A stretch of 64,000 nt of DNA from the human T2T-CHM13v2.0 reference genome, Homo sapiens, in the NCBI RefSeq assembly GCF_009914755.1, contig NC_060940.1; one strand, 5' to 3'. Positions 41,701-60,507 of this stretch are shown here, one piece after another. The translations under genes and the position numbers were made by a program. The notes under the pieces were generated by a model. The model searched no databases and was not told the DNA's origin. It saw nothing but the letters and a program-made list of their open reading frames with translations. Numbering within the stretch: the first letter of the stretch is position 1; each line of letters starts with the position of its first letter.

Positions 41701-44040
41701 GGAAACCTCATAGGACAGTGTTAGTGGTTCACGTTCTAGTGTTTTTCCTGAAATGTGCAATCTACTGTATAGTATTGCCACATAATTGTACATAGATGTA
41801 TTCTGAATTTGTGGAATTTCTTGCTTAGATACTATTGTGTTTGTTTCATATGAATATTTTTGTAATTCTAAAAGAGATCTTATTTAAATTTCCTTTTTAA
41901 AAGCCGCATGGTTCTGTGATCCATGTAACTGACACTTTTTGGCTTTCAGTGCTGTTTAGAAACAGTGGCAAAGGCAGGGTGGTGCTGCCTGCAAGCTGCT
42001 GCCTATGGAAGGCAAAGTCATAGTAATGAGATAGCACCTCTGAACTGTGCAGTCAGCATACCCTGAGTGATGGCTCAGGGGCGCACTACCTATTTTGTCA
42101 CCAGAGCTGACTCAGGCTTCCTGGACCCTCAACCCCAGATCATTCCAGGCAGCATAGCTTTCTTCACAGTCCTTTCAGAATTCCCAGGCTGAAATCAGCC
42201 ATAGCAGTTGACAAAACAGCTATCCCCACAAGTGATGAGATAGTCCCTTTACTGTCCTCAAATGGACTTGGCCTTAGAGACGTGGTAAAGCACTTTGGCA
42301 GGGTTTAAAATATTTGTGAGAAGCCCACATTTCAGTATACATCCTCACTGGCTTCCATGCACCCACCTGACGGTAGCCTCACAGAAGTCCTGGCTGTCAC
42401 TCAGGTGGGGAGCTCATGGTGCCGCTGGGGACTTTTTAGAGAAATGTAAAGAGAATAGCTATTCAGTGTCTACTAGCAGAGCAACATGTGTCAATTTAAC
42501 CAAATTCACAAATAACCCTCCATTTTTCAATATCTGCTACTGTAAACATGAATATTGAATACTGACAAGAGAATACCCATACAAATCGTCCCACCGCCCT
42601 AGAGGCCACAGAATTAGCCCAAAATTATCAAAGAACATTAACTGGAAGGTCAGGTTTTTCAAGGAACATAGCTTACAAATGCATCAGTGTGTATCTGGAG
42701 AGCATCCTAACTGCATTTCAACTCATCTTTTAAGTGATTTCAGTCAAAACTGGAAAACAACTAAGATGTAGTAATTTTTTTTTCCTGGTTCAAACCTTCA
42801 ATAACTTGCTCATTCAGCAGTCTCTCTGAGCTACATTTTTATTTGTAAAGTGACTCTGTCTGCATGGCAATGAGCAGGTGCGTGTTTTTTCCACATTCGC
42901 CCTTTCTTGCAGTATCCAGGGAAACACATCATTACAAAGGGTTTCTACCTGAAATCTTTCATGGAAGGCCTACAATTCGAAAAGCTGCACATGTTTACAG
43001 AAGAGCTCTTACCCTCCATGCAAACACTTTGCTCTGTGGTGTCACAGCTTTGTGACAATAAGATGGCAATCTCGGATCTACAAGGTGCTGTCGGGAATCA
43101 AATAAAATATGTTATCAGAGATATCATCACATCTATAGTGTTTAACAGAGCTTTATGCCAACTACTAAGACAAAGCTTTAACAAAGTTTATAGAATACTG
43201 AAACTCGTAACAATTACCTCTCTACGTGATGCTGTAAGGAATCTTGCTAATTTGGTAGGAAGAGGAAGCATTTAGGAAAGGGTTTAGTATCTACCAAAAG
43301 TACTTGACCTCAAGTAACCAATAGTAATGCAAACTTGCTTTAAAGGAACCAAAGGCATTGCCAAGTATTTGCCAAAAGGAGGCACTTTTTATTTAAAATT
43401 TGAGACTAATGAGATCTCAAAAATCAGCCCCAAAAAGGTATTATCCATTTAAGGTTATAATTTTCACTAAGATGTAGATATTTCTCTTATTGTTTTCATG
43501 TAAAATAGTATAGAGTTGTTTTGTTGGTTTAAGAGTAACATTCAGTAGTAATACAAAGTTTTTTTTCTATGTAGAAATTAGTTTTCTTTTCTTGCTTGCA
43601 ATAGAAATGCAATGTGATAGGTGTTTCTCTTCTTATTTTCATTGTCACATTATGTCTTAGCATCTCACTTTATGAAAAAAAGGAGAAAGATACCAATCTA
43701 CAGAGCCCTGCTTGTTGAAGCACTAGTTTAATCAACAAAAAATTATGGCAATCGGGGGTCCATTCATCTATTGCCTTTATGTTGTTTTTTAAAAGAAAAA
43801 CCATGATGCCTTTGTATTTGCTGTTTGCACCCCTGAAATCAATTCCATATCATGTTTGAATGCCATACATTTTGCACATGTACTGTACATAAGTAATGCA
43901 TACTGTATTTTTATATGTGTGCACATTTATCATCAGATCTTTTGTACATAGTGGCAGTATTGTAGCTGATCGGGAAATGTTTGATATCTCAGCAATTTTG
44001 CATTTTTGTGTCTCAAATAAAAGACATTTTGATGTACTAT
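38708..44040 (+). other. MRTFB: MRTFB 3' UTR (~5.3 kb)
   Basis: Follows the stop codon; no Alu/L1 recognised; UGUA-rich distal end preceding AATAAA; exact cleavage site is inferred. Confidence 0.85.
44016..44021 (+). terminator. Distal poly(A) signal AATAAA of MRTFB
   Basis: Canonical hexamer with several upstream TGTA (CFIm) elements and a downstream T/G-rich stretch (gattcttgctgtg). Confidence 0.8.
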
Positions 44041-45029
44041 GATTCTTGCTGTGCAGAGGAAAGACCACTCCCTATGGGTTGGTGGAGCCATTGTAGACTG
44101 TGGAACGGGAGTGGATTTATTAGGAGGAGACACTATACCTTTAGCATACAACTCACAACAGAAAGCCAGCAGGCCAAGCCTGTGAACTTGTCACCCTCCC
44201 CTGGATCCAAGACCATGAGATACAAAATAGAAACTCACAGGTACGAGCTGAACTTGAATATGTCAAGATTTACACAAAGTGAGTTTCTTTCTTCCACAAT
44301 GAAAGTTAGAAATATGTAGTTCTCCCTAGGGGGTTGATTTTCACACTCGGCGCGCACACACGCACAATGAAAACTGACTCAATAACATCAATGCACCACC
44401 ACCACAATTCCTGAAAGACCCACATAATCCTTCAATCTAGCCAAGTTTCAAAAGCAACTATTTATATGAGGTATTTTTATAGACTGTACAAAATGGTCTT
44501 TAGAATTCAGTATGCTTTTAGTAAGATGGCATTTCATTTCAACTCAGAAGCCAACATTTAAAACAGAGTTTGGTTAAAATTTTTTTTCTCTTTGCTTTGA
44601 AGAAACAAAATAGTAATGAGTAAACTCTAATAACTATACCATATATCAATATTTGATTAAGAAAAAAGGCCCGAGTATCAACCACAGAAAAGGGGAAAAG
44701 AAAGATATTGATTACCAAAACACAGCAAAATGTTCATTACACTTAGGGAACCAGAGTGCAGCCTCAACAGACCAGTGAGATGATGCGCAAAGGGTTAAAC
44801 CATTCATAAAGTATCATATGTTCCAGGCAGAGATCCTGCCCTTGGGGAGAAAATAGACCTCCCTGCTGGTCTGAGAGAAAACTTTGCCAAAGGAAGCATT
44901 GCACGTGCCCTGGGAGCCCAAGAGGAGTGAGCAAGGGATGTCACAGGAAACTCTGGGGAAGCTGTCATGGCAGACAGCCCCTTGGGCAAGGTCAGAATTA
45001 ATTGGAGAAATTGTTTTTTCCTGCAACAG

Positions 45030-45355
45030 ATTTTTTTTTATTTATTAGTTTTGTTGTTTTTTGAGACAGAGTCTCACTCAGTCACCGAGGCTGGAGTGTG
45101 GTGGCACAATCTCGGCTCACTGCAACCCTCTGCTGCCTGGGTTCAAGTGATTCTCCTGCCTCAGCCTCAGCCTCCCAAGTAGCTGGGACTACAGGCACGT
45201 GCCACCATGCCTGGCCAATTTTTATATTTTTTTAGTAGCTTTGGGGTTTCACCATGTTAGCCAGGCTGGTCTCGAACTCCTGACCTCAGGTGATCCACCC
45301 ACCTCAGCCTCTCAAAGCACAGGGATCACAGGTGTGAGCCACTGCACCTGGCCAA
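45030..45355 (-). mobile_element. AluS, antisense
   Basis: Reverse-complement Alu dimer. Confidence 0.9.
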
Positions 45356-45715
45356 GTATTACTTCTAATTTAACTTTCAGAAAGAAGTCTCATATTGATG
45401 TCCTGTCTTTTCTGTTAATATGCATGACAGGCTAATTAAATTAAACCTATGTTGTGTGATGAGATGAGAAACAAGGGTCCTCATCAACATTTTCTGTGCC
45501 CTTTCGTTGGATGCGATTGCGTCACAGATCATTCCACGGGGAAATCCGTGAATGATGGCCCTGTGGGTGCTCACTCTGCAGCGTCCTCCTGCTTGCCATT
45601 GGACGTACAACAGACTTGTCAGAAGCATCCAAACCCCAAATTATTTCAATGCTAATACTGTCCAAGCCAAAGCTGAAGTTTGATTAATGGTGAAAAAGGG
45701 CTTTTAGTCAGGTTA

Positions 45716-46097
<382 letters not shown>

Positions 46098-46158
46098 TCA
46101 CAAAGGAAACAGCACAGATTTGAGACCAAGCTTCTGAAACCCCAGAACCCAAACCATC

Positions 46159-46542
46159 TGTCTTAGTCTGTTCAGGGAGCTATAATAAAATACCTCAGAC
46201 TGGACAATTTACAAACAGCTGAAACATAGTGGTCACAGTTCTAGAGACTGGAAGATCCAACATCAAGGTTCCAGCAGATTCAGTGTCTGGTGAGGTCCAG
46301 GTCTCTGCTTGGAAGATGGTGCCTTTTTGCTGCATCCTCACAAAGAGGAAGGGACAGAAAGGCCAAAACACACACACACAACACACACAAACAGGCTGCC
46401 TTTTATAAGGGCACTAAATCCCATTCATGAGAGCAGAGCCCTCATCACTTAATCACCTCCTAAAGGTCCAAACTTCTAATACATTGCATGGGGATTAAGA
46501 TTCAACATGAATTTTAGAGACACAAACATTCAAACCATAGCA
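46159..46542 (-). mobile_element. MaLR solo LTR (MLT1A/MST-like)
   Basis: TGTCTTAGTCTGTTCAGG...CAAACCATAGCA termini, near-TSD CCATC/CCATT. Confidence 0.8.
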
Positions 46543-47439
46543 CCATTCCTGTAGACTCTATATACAACTCTCTGCCTTTGTCCAGATACTTTGTGAATAC
46601 AATTGAGTACAGCTTAATTCATGTCTATCATGAGGTTCCACTAACTGTCTTGATTAGACCTCCTCAGTCTCTCACATTTTCTAAAGTACCTGCTCACAAA
46701 TGTTTAATGGCATCCAATGTATGGCTTTTTACTAGATTAAAGCCAGCCAGAACATGGAGTCCAAGACTGGAGCGTTTTAAGTGAACTCTACTGACTGGGC
46801 CATGCAAAATGACTTGTTATTAAACACTATCTTGCTGGGGCTTCTGTAACCATTTGAACACATACCAAAGCTCAAGAGCAGTAAGATTTTTAAATACCTA
46901 GCAAGGTTGAAGACACACAAACTCTGTGATCCAGCAAATCAATTTTTTGTACACATCCTTGAGAAACACAGACGTACACAGGAAATCACGTGTAAGAATG
47001 AACACTAAAGCATTTACAAAGCAAAAATTGCAAGCAACTCCTATGCCTTTCAATTAGAGAACCATTAAACACTGCAATTTACAGGAATGAACTAAATCTA
47101 ATGTGCCAATGTAAAAGAATCTTGAAACAAAATGCTGAGGGGGAAAAAAGTGCAGAATAAAGCCTGCATAATTCAAGTAACATTTTAAAACAAGGCTGTG
47201 TGTTTTATAAAGTATAAAAACATGGGTGGTAAGGACTCAGGTCAGTTTCAAGATTCAGAATATTTCTGGAAAGAAAAAACTAGATTGGGGAACATCTGAA
47301 AGGAGGCTTTAACTTTCTAATATTTAATAATTCTATAGCCAATATAGCAAAATACTAATTGTTAACTAGTTGATTTTAACTATCCCTATTTTTTGTGAGT
47401 TGGAAATATTTTATGGTAAAAAAGATTAGTAAGAACGAT

Positions 47440-50162
<2,723 letters not shown>

Positions 50163-51745
50163 TTAAGCACATTTATTGTGAGAGTGATTTTTTTGTGCCT
50201 TCAAATCTAGTCTTCTGGTTATTTACTGATGCATAATAAAGCACTCTAAAACTTAGTACCTCCAAACAATGACACAGAAGACTTCTGCTTTCAAGCAAAA
50301 TGGAGTAACAGGGGCCAGACTTGACTTCCTACCTGAAACCACCAAGATGGACAAAATATATGAAACCCTTTGGAAAATGCTAGATATCAAATAACAAAAG
50401 AGTTATCTCTAAGGGACAGGAAACAAGGTGAACTCTACTGTTGCCCAGGGAAGTCAGGTAGAGCCAGTGGATTCCTAAGTTGGCAGCCAGGGCAATGAAT
50501 CCAGGAGGCCAAGACAGCTTGAGTTTGTAGCACATAATACTAGAGAAGAGAGCTACATTGAGAAAACTCTGGAAATCTACAGAGGGTCTCCTTTAGTATT
50601 CAGCAGAGCACTGACAGGTATATGGGTGTAAACACACTACACATGGCCTGGGAAAGAACAACCCCCAAAATTACAGGTAACAGCTCCCAGTACTCATACA
50701 GTGCTGGGAATAGTGCCTGTTGCCACCAGCCAAGCTGAAAACTCATAATGCAAGGGACATTAGAAGTATTCAAGAAAATCCTTCCCCAGCATTGAGGATT
50801 ATAGACTAATCTCTGCTCCAGATCCATCTAACAAATACAAGCAAAAAATATGACATATTTAATAAGATTAATTAATTAATTATAACCAACCAGGAAGTTG
50901 TTTTAAAAAAGAATTATTAAAGGCAGAAGTTGTTTAGAAAAAAAAAAACTGACAGAAATGTCAGTTTGCAGACAAGGACATTAAAACCATTATAACTGAA
51001 TTCCATATGATCAAAAAGTTAAGTAGAAACAAAAACATAGGAGTTTTTTAATACATTGAACGTCAGATGAAAACTACAATGTCTGGAGATGAAAAATGCA
51101 CTGACTGAGAATAATGGAAAATGATACATTACAGAAAAAATATGTCTCTGGTGAGAGACATATGGTGACAGAGTAGGCTGTAGCGTATTCTATCAGTAAT
51201 TTGAGTCCCTTGAGTGGAGAGACAGAAAGACATTTGCAGAATATTAGATCAATATACAAAAGTCAATTGTATTTTTATCTACTAGCAATTAATCAGGAAT
51301 TGAGATTTTTTAAATAGTGCCATTTATAATAGCATCAAAAATATGAAATATATGGGATAGATCTGACAAAAGATATGAAAGGTCTGTATACTAAAAACTA
51401 CAAAACACTTTACAGAGAAATTGAAAACCTAAGTAAATAAAGAGATATATAATGTCCAGGCATTGGAAAACTCAATATTGCCAATATGTCAATTCTCCCC
51501 AAATTGATCTACAGATTTAACGCAGTTGCAATCGAAATGCCAACATGTTTTTTGTAGAAATTGTCACCAGATACTAAAATTCATATGAAAATGATAAAGA
51601 AATAGAATAGTCAAAAAGAGGAACAGGCCAGGCGCCGTGGCTCATATCTGTAATCCCAACACTTTTCAGAGGCCAAGGCAGGCAGATCATGAGGTCAGGA
51701 GATCGAGACCATCCTGGCCAACATGGCGAAACCCTGTCTCTACTA

Positions 51746-51961
<216 letters not shown>

Positions 51962-51976
51962 TCAAGACTTAAGCTA

Positions 51977-52286
<310 letters not shown>

Positions 52287-52769
52287 CTACATTAAGACAG
52301 TAAAGATAGACAAATAGATCAATAGGACAAAATGGAGTCAAGAAAGAGACCCAGGCATATATGGACAACTTATTTTCAACAAAGGTGCAAAGGCAATTCA
52401 GTGGAGGAAGTATGGTCTATTCAACAAAAGATACTGAAACAAATGGATATCTATATCCAAAAAGGTGGACTTCAATCCATAACTCATCATATACAAAATT
52501 TACTCTGAGTGAGTCATAGACCTAAAATCTAAAACTATAAAATTTGTAGAGGAAAAACATTTGTGACTTTGAGTTAGAGATTTCTTAGCTATAACAAAAA
52601 AAGAATGATCCATAAAAGAAAAAGTTAATAATTTGATTTAATCAAAATTTAAAACTTTTGCTCCTTAAAGGACAGTGTTAAAAGATTAAAAAGAGCCACA
52701 GACTGGGACAAAATACTTGGAAATCATATCTGATAAAGGATTTATATTCAGAATATATCAAGAATCTCA

Positions 52770-52861
52770 CTGGTCTGAGTGCAATTTACAACCAATTGAT
52801 CACAACCAGTTATACATTTCTTTGTTCTTCTCCATTTTCACTGCTTCACTTGGCTAACCTT
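52770..52861 (+). pseudogene. Y RNA (hY3/RNY3) processed pseudogene with A-rich tail, inserted in an old L1
   Basis: CTGGTCTGAGTGCA...TTTACAACCAATTGATCACAACCAGTTATACATTTCTTTGTTCTTCTCCA...CACTGCTTCACTTGGCTAACCTT matches the hY3 sequence with a short deletion and substitutions; followed by an A-rich tail. Confidence 0.9.
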
Positions 52862-53097
52862 AAAAACAAAAAACAACAAAATTCCACATTTTAATAATTT
52901 AAAATCCCAATAAAAAATGCATGGAACAGAAACTTCACCAAAGACAACAAATGAATGCCAAATAAACAAACACATGAAAAAATGCTTAACATCTTAGTAC
53001 TAGAGAAACACAAATTGGCCAGGCACAGTGGCTCACACCTGTAATCCCAGCACTTTGGGAGGCCTAAGTGGGCAGATCACCTGAGTTCAGGAGTTCA

Positions 53098-53478
<381 letters not shown>

Positions 53479-54111
53479 TTAAAAAGATAAACATATGACC
53501 CATGGATTCTACTCCTGTGTATGTATCTAAAAGCAATGAACACATATGTCTGTTCAAAGGTTTATACACAAATGTTCACAGTAGTTTTGTTTGTAATAGC
53601 CAAAAACCAGAAACAACTCAAATGTCCATACCACTCAACAACAACAAGGAATGAATTCTTGGTACACAATAATGTACAATACAGGTAAGTCTCAGTTATG
53701 CCGAGGGAAAGAAGCCAGGAAAAAAGAGCACGTACTGTTTGATTCCATTTACATACAATTCCAGGATGTGGGCCAAGTACGGTGGCTCACGCCTGTAATC
53801 CCAGCACTTTCAGAGGCCAAGGTGGGCAGATCACCTGATGTCAGGAGTTTGAGAAAGCCTGACCAACATGGTGAAACCCCATCTCTATTAAAAATACAAA
53901 AATTAGCCTGGCATGGTGGCTCATGCCCATAATCTCAGCACCTTGGGAGGCCAAGGCAGGTGGATTACTTGAGGTCAGGAGTTTAAGACCACCCTGGCTA
54001 ACATGGCAAAATCCCATCTGTACTACAAATATAAAAATTAGTGGGGACCCTGTAATCCCAGCTGCTCAGGAGGCTGAGGCAGGAGAATCACTTGAACCCA
54101 GGAGGCAGAGG

Positions 54112-54205
54112 TTGCAGCAAGCTGAGATCTTGCAGCAAGCTGAGATCTTGCAGCAAGCTGAGATCTTGCAGCAAGCTGAGATCTTGCAGCAAGCTGAGAT
54201 CTTGC
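54112..54205 (+). repeat. Perfect 18-bp tandem repeat (TTGCAGCAAGCTGAGATC) x5 plus TTGC, inside an Alu right arm
   Basis: Direct reading; units start at 54112, 54130, 54148, 54166 and 54184. Confidence 0.97.
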
Positions 54206-54495
54206 CACTGTACTCCAGCCTGGGTGACAGAGCAAGACTCCGTCCCAAAAAAAATCAAAATTAGTTTGTTAGTGCAAACTAACATATGGTGACAGAAAGC
54301 AGAATGGCAGTTGTTAGGGGTGGGAGGGAAGGATGACAAAAGGACATGAAGAAACAATGCAAACAACTCAATTTGAAGAAAAAAAAAAAAAAGAGAGACC
54401 ACCTAGATTTCTATAGGTTCTTCTACCTGGATGGAAATAGTACCTTGTATTTGAGAAAGGATGAGGTCTGGCTACAGTATTTGTACTTTGTCTAA

Positions 54496-54825
<330 letters not shown>

Positions 54826-55352
54826 TTTTTAAAGATAGCAGAGGATTAAATGATACTAATATACCATAACAAATGGGAAATACGCAGAGGTAAACACCAG
54901 AGAAAACCCATTTAGACTTCCAGGGCAATAAACTAGCATCCAACAAACAGCTACAAAGACAGAAAGTGTCGCAAGAATGACAGCATTTTAAGTACCATGA
55001 AAAAGAACAATGAGATGTTTCCGAAAAAATGTTATTCACGTTTCCATCAAGAAATTCTAATGTGTCCATAATGGAAAAAGGAAGAACATAAAGGTCACAT
55101 TTCATGTTTGACACTTTTACACCTGAGTGTTACGTGAACATTTACAGTTTTACAGCACTAAAGCAAAGCTGCAAGAGAAAAACACAAAAGGTATGTTTGG
55201 CTCAGTAAGTAAATTCATCACACTTTGCTCTCATTTCCTTCCACCCATTTATCTTTTCAAGTTGCCAAGAACAGCACTGGGAATAATCACCTCCCACACC
55301 AAAAGCTGAGGAGATGATAATTGGTGTCTGATGACAGGAGATGACATTTTTA

Positions 55353-55782
<430 letters not shown>

Positions 55783-56489
55783 GCAATCCAGAAGATTGTG
55801 TCATTTATGCACCAGGGATCTTAAAATACAAGGTCTAGGAAAAGGTCACTATCAAAATCGCTTCCTGGATAATGTGAGTAAAGGTCTGAGTTTTTGAAAT
55901 GTATAATATGAATAAACATAAAGAGAAATAAATGATTATTTCCTATTTTGAAAAATGCGTACCATCTATCATTCATCATGTGAGATTCTCCTACTACTTT
56001 ATAGAAAGTAGCAACATATGTGAAGGAACTAATTTTGGACATTTACATATTATATCTTACAAGCTCATAACACTAAAAAGAACCAAAGGAATTTGGTTTG
56101 ATACCAGTACACTCCAACCCATAACACACATCTCAAGCAGCTGGGTAAACGTTGGCCACGTTGTTACACAAAGGGTGAGGCTGATTATTTCTACCTCCTC
56201 TCAACTAACTCCACACAAAGCTAAAAATGAGAGAGACTTGAGCAAAAGCAAACATCACTCCTGGAGTCCAGTGGGACCAATGGCCAGCTCACTCACCAGT
56301 AAGCAGATATTTTTAGTAGATAAGGCTGGTAAAATACAACACAGAGAGGTCATCTTAGGAAAGTAATGGACCTTATATCCATGGCCAAGAGCTCTACATG
56401 TGTGCATGAGGGACAAGTGCAACAATGCAAGAGAAGCTGTAATGAAGAAAAATCGGAAACAACCTAGGTGGCCAGCAATAGGGGAATAA

Positions 56490-56792
<303 letters not shown>

Positions 56793-56936
56793 CGGGGAAT
56801 TATAAAAACTGTGGTGCAGTCACCTAGTAGATTAGAATGGGGCAAATAAGGAATGAGCTAGAGCCACAGGGAATATGGCTAAATAAAGCTCCAGTGGTCT
56901 GTAGAATCCAAAATATGTACATTAAAAAATGCATAT

Positions 56937-57222
56937 GGCCGGGCACCGTGGCTCACTCCTGTAATCCAAGCAGGAGGGTAGATCACCTAAGGTCAGGAGT
57001 TTGAGACCAGCCTGCCCAACATGGCGAAACCCCGCCTCTACTAAAAACATAAAAATTAGCCAGGCATGGTGGCGCATGCCCGTAATCCCAGCTATTCAGG
57101 AGGCTGAGGCAGGGAGAATCACTTGAACCCAGGAGACGGAGGTTGCAGTGAGCCGAGATCTCACCACTGCACTCCAGCCTGGGCGACAGAGCAAGACTCT
57201 GTCTCAAAAAAAAAAAAAAAAG
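56937..57222 (+). mobile_element. AluS
   Basis: Dimer with a small left-arm deletion. Confidence 0.9.
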
Positions 57223-58079
57223 TGTATAATATGATACCATTTGTGGGGAGAAAAATCCTCCCCAAAAGTCTTTATTTCCTATGGATAAATAGATATCAAC
57301 ATGAAAGCAAAGGAAAAGATATGTAATGATTCCAAATAAACTCCTAACAGTGGTCAACCTTGAAAAAGAGGAGGACGAAGGAGGGAAGAAGGGAACTTAG
57401 AGCTGGGAGGGTGGGGGCCCTCTGTTCCATGCAGGCAGAATGATAAGAGAAATAGCAATTTTGTTCTTTCACTGTCTACTGCTTCTTATATAGATCGACC
57501 CATTGTCTACTCTGCATGCTAATGTTGTAGCTCAGATAATCTGGTTGACCTTTTTAGAGCTTATCTAGGGGGAAAAAAAGGAAAGGGAAAAAAGAACAAA
57601 ACTTTTTATTATTCATAGCTGCCAACTTGATCTTGTTCTGGCTCTGGAACGAACCAATTTAAACAGATACTTTCCAAGGTTAGAGAGGTTCAAAGATTGA
57701 TTTGATGAGGTGATACCAGGGCATCCTGTACAACTGTAATTTCTGTGCAGGAAAAAAATCTACTTTTCATCCCTATAACATTTTGTGTGTGGTTGCCATT
57801 ATTTGTTAAGGGTGTTGAAATAATCATCATCACCTCTCTTTTCAAGCCAGAAGATTTTTGGTTACACAGACCACCCATCTTGCTGCATTCTGCCAGGGCT
57901 GACACAGTTCCCACATGTGGCAGGGATTTTCACTTGGACAGACTGTTAAAAGGAGGTGAATACAGTTACCATAATCATTCCAACTACTCCTCCACTGAAA
58001 AAAAAAATCACAGGAAACTCACATAATTAAATTCCAAAGAAATGAATTCAAAATTAAAGACTCACAGGCATCAGCATCA

Positions 58080-59152
<1,073 letters not shown>

Positions 59153-59853
59153 ACCCTGCCCATCCCTCACAACACAGGGCCCCTGCCTCAAGGAGCTGGG
59201 ATACTGTGAGTAGCTAAGTGTGCTTTCTTTAGGTAAAATCTTTATTTAGGGTGTTAGTAAAAAGCCCGCTGTCATGACCTCAGATGACCTAAATATCCAA
59301 GCCTGAGGGTTTTTTCTCTTCCACAAGCAAACGAATTTCTCCAGGAATACTTTAAAGCAGTGCTTCCCAAAGTGAGGCCCTGGACCAGCTGCAGCAGCAT
59401 TAACTGGGAACTTAGAAAGGCAGCTCCGCGGACCCAGCCCAGACTAACTGAATCAGCCTGCATTTTCATGAAATCTGCAGGTGCCACCCAGCCACCACCA
59501 AGGCTTACTGAGATAACGCAGGTGCCAGCCCCTCACAGGCCAGGAAGAGCCTCTGTTGCCCACCCTCACTCTGTGGAAGGCAGCAGGCACCAGGCACACA
59601 AGGTGAGCCAGGATGGAGGAGCTGGGGGAAGCCCAGGTCCTCCCTGGAACCAGAAAGTGTCTTGGAGACATTGCCATTGAATTGTTCAGAAACAATTTTT
59701 CAGACACCCACAGCTGTAGCTAAACCACTTTAGATAGATATTGTATCTCGGTAGGGCTTAGGTTAATCAGGCACCATCAGGAAGGGAGAGAGGAAGTAAA
59801 AAGGCATTCAGCCTTCTAAGACCCTCAGGAGGTCTTTTTGAAAATCTAATAAC

Positions 59854-60145
59854 GGCTGGGCGCGGTGGCTTATGCCTGTAATCCCAGCACATTGGGAGGC
59901 TGAGTCAGGTGGATCACGAGGTCAGGAGCTCAAGACTGGCCTAACATGGTGTAACCCCGTCTCTACTAAAAATACAAAAATTAGCCAGGCGTGGTGGCAC
60001 GCACCTGTAATCTCAGCTACTCAGGAGACTGAGGCAGGAGAATCACTTGAACCCAGGAGGCGGAGGTTGCAGCGAGCTGAGATTGCACCACTGCACTCCA
60101 GCCTGGGTGACAGAGCGAGACTGTCTCAAAACAAAAACAAAAACC
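59854..60145 (+). mobile_element. AluS
   Basis: Full dimer. Confidence 0.9.
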
Positions 60146-60254
60146 CCAATAAATTGTGACATCCCTCTTCCAGGAAAACTATATACGCACTTTATATATA
60201 CTTTTGGGGAAGTCACACGTTTCCTGGGCTTGAGTGCATGGGCTCAGGTTAAGA

Positions 60255-60507
60255 AATTTTTGAGACAGTCTCACTCCATCTCTGCTCACTGCAACCTCCG
60301 CTTCCTGGGTTCAAGTGATTCTCCTGCCTCAGCCTCCGGAGAAGCTAGGACTATAGGCATGTGCCACCACACCCAGCTAACTTTTTGTATTTTAGTAGAG
60401 ACGTGGTTTCACCATGTTGCCCAGGCTGGTCTTGAACTCCTGAGCTCAGTCTACCCAACTGGGCCTCCCAAAGTTCTAGGATTACAGGCATGAGCCACCT
60501 CCGGCCT
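60255..60507 (-). mobile_element. Alu, antisense, internally deleted
   Basis: Reverse-complement Alu blocks. Confidence 0.85.

Noticed and set aside
44321-44337. CTCF-like TCCCTAGGGGGTTG after the poly(A) site
   Set aside because: Several mismatches to the core consensus, including the GGC end
44630-44798. Possible piggyBac-type terminus (...GCGCAAAGGG|TTAA)
   Set aside because: No matching opposite TTAA|CCCT end found; needs a Dfam search
53923-54402. ORFs with repeated peptides (LQQAEI)n, (SKLRSC)n
   Set aside because: Translations of the 18-bp tandem repeat in an Alu. Units are contiguous with no spacers, so it is not a CRISPR-like array
55932-56366. 144-aa ORF in non-repeat intergenic DNA
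   Set aside because: No domain similarity, splice context or coding-like composition that I can see
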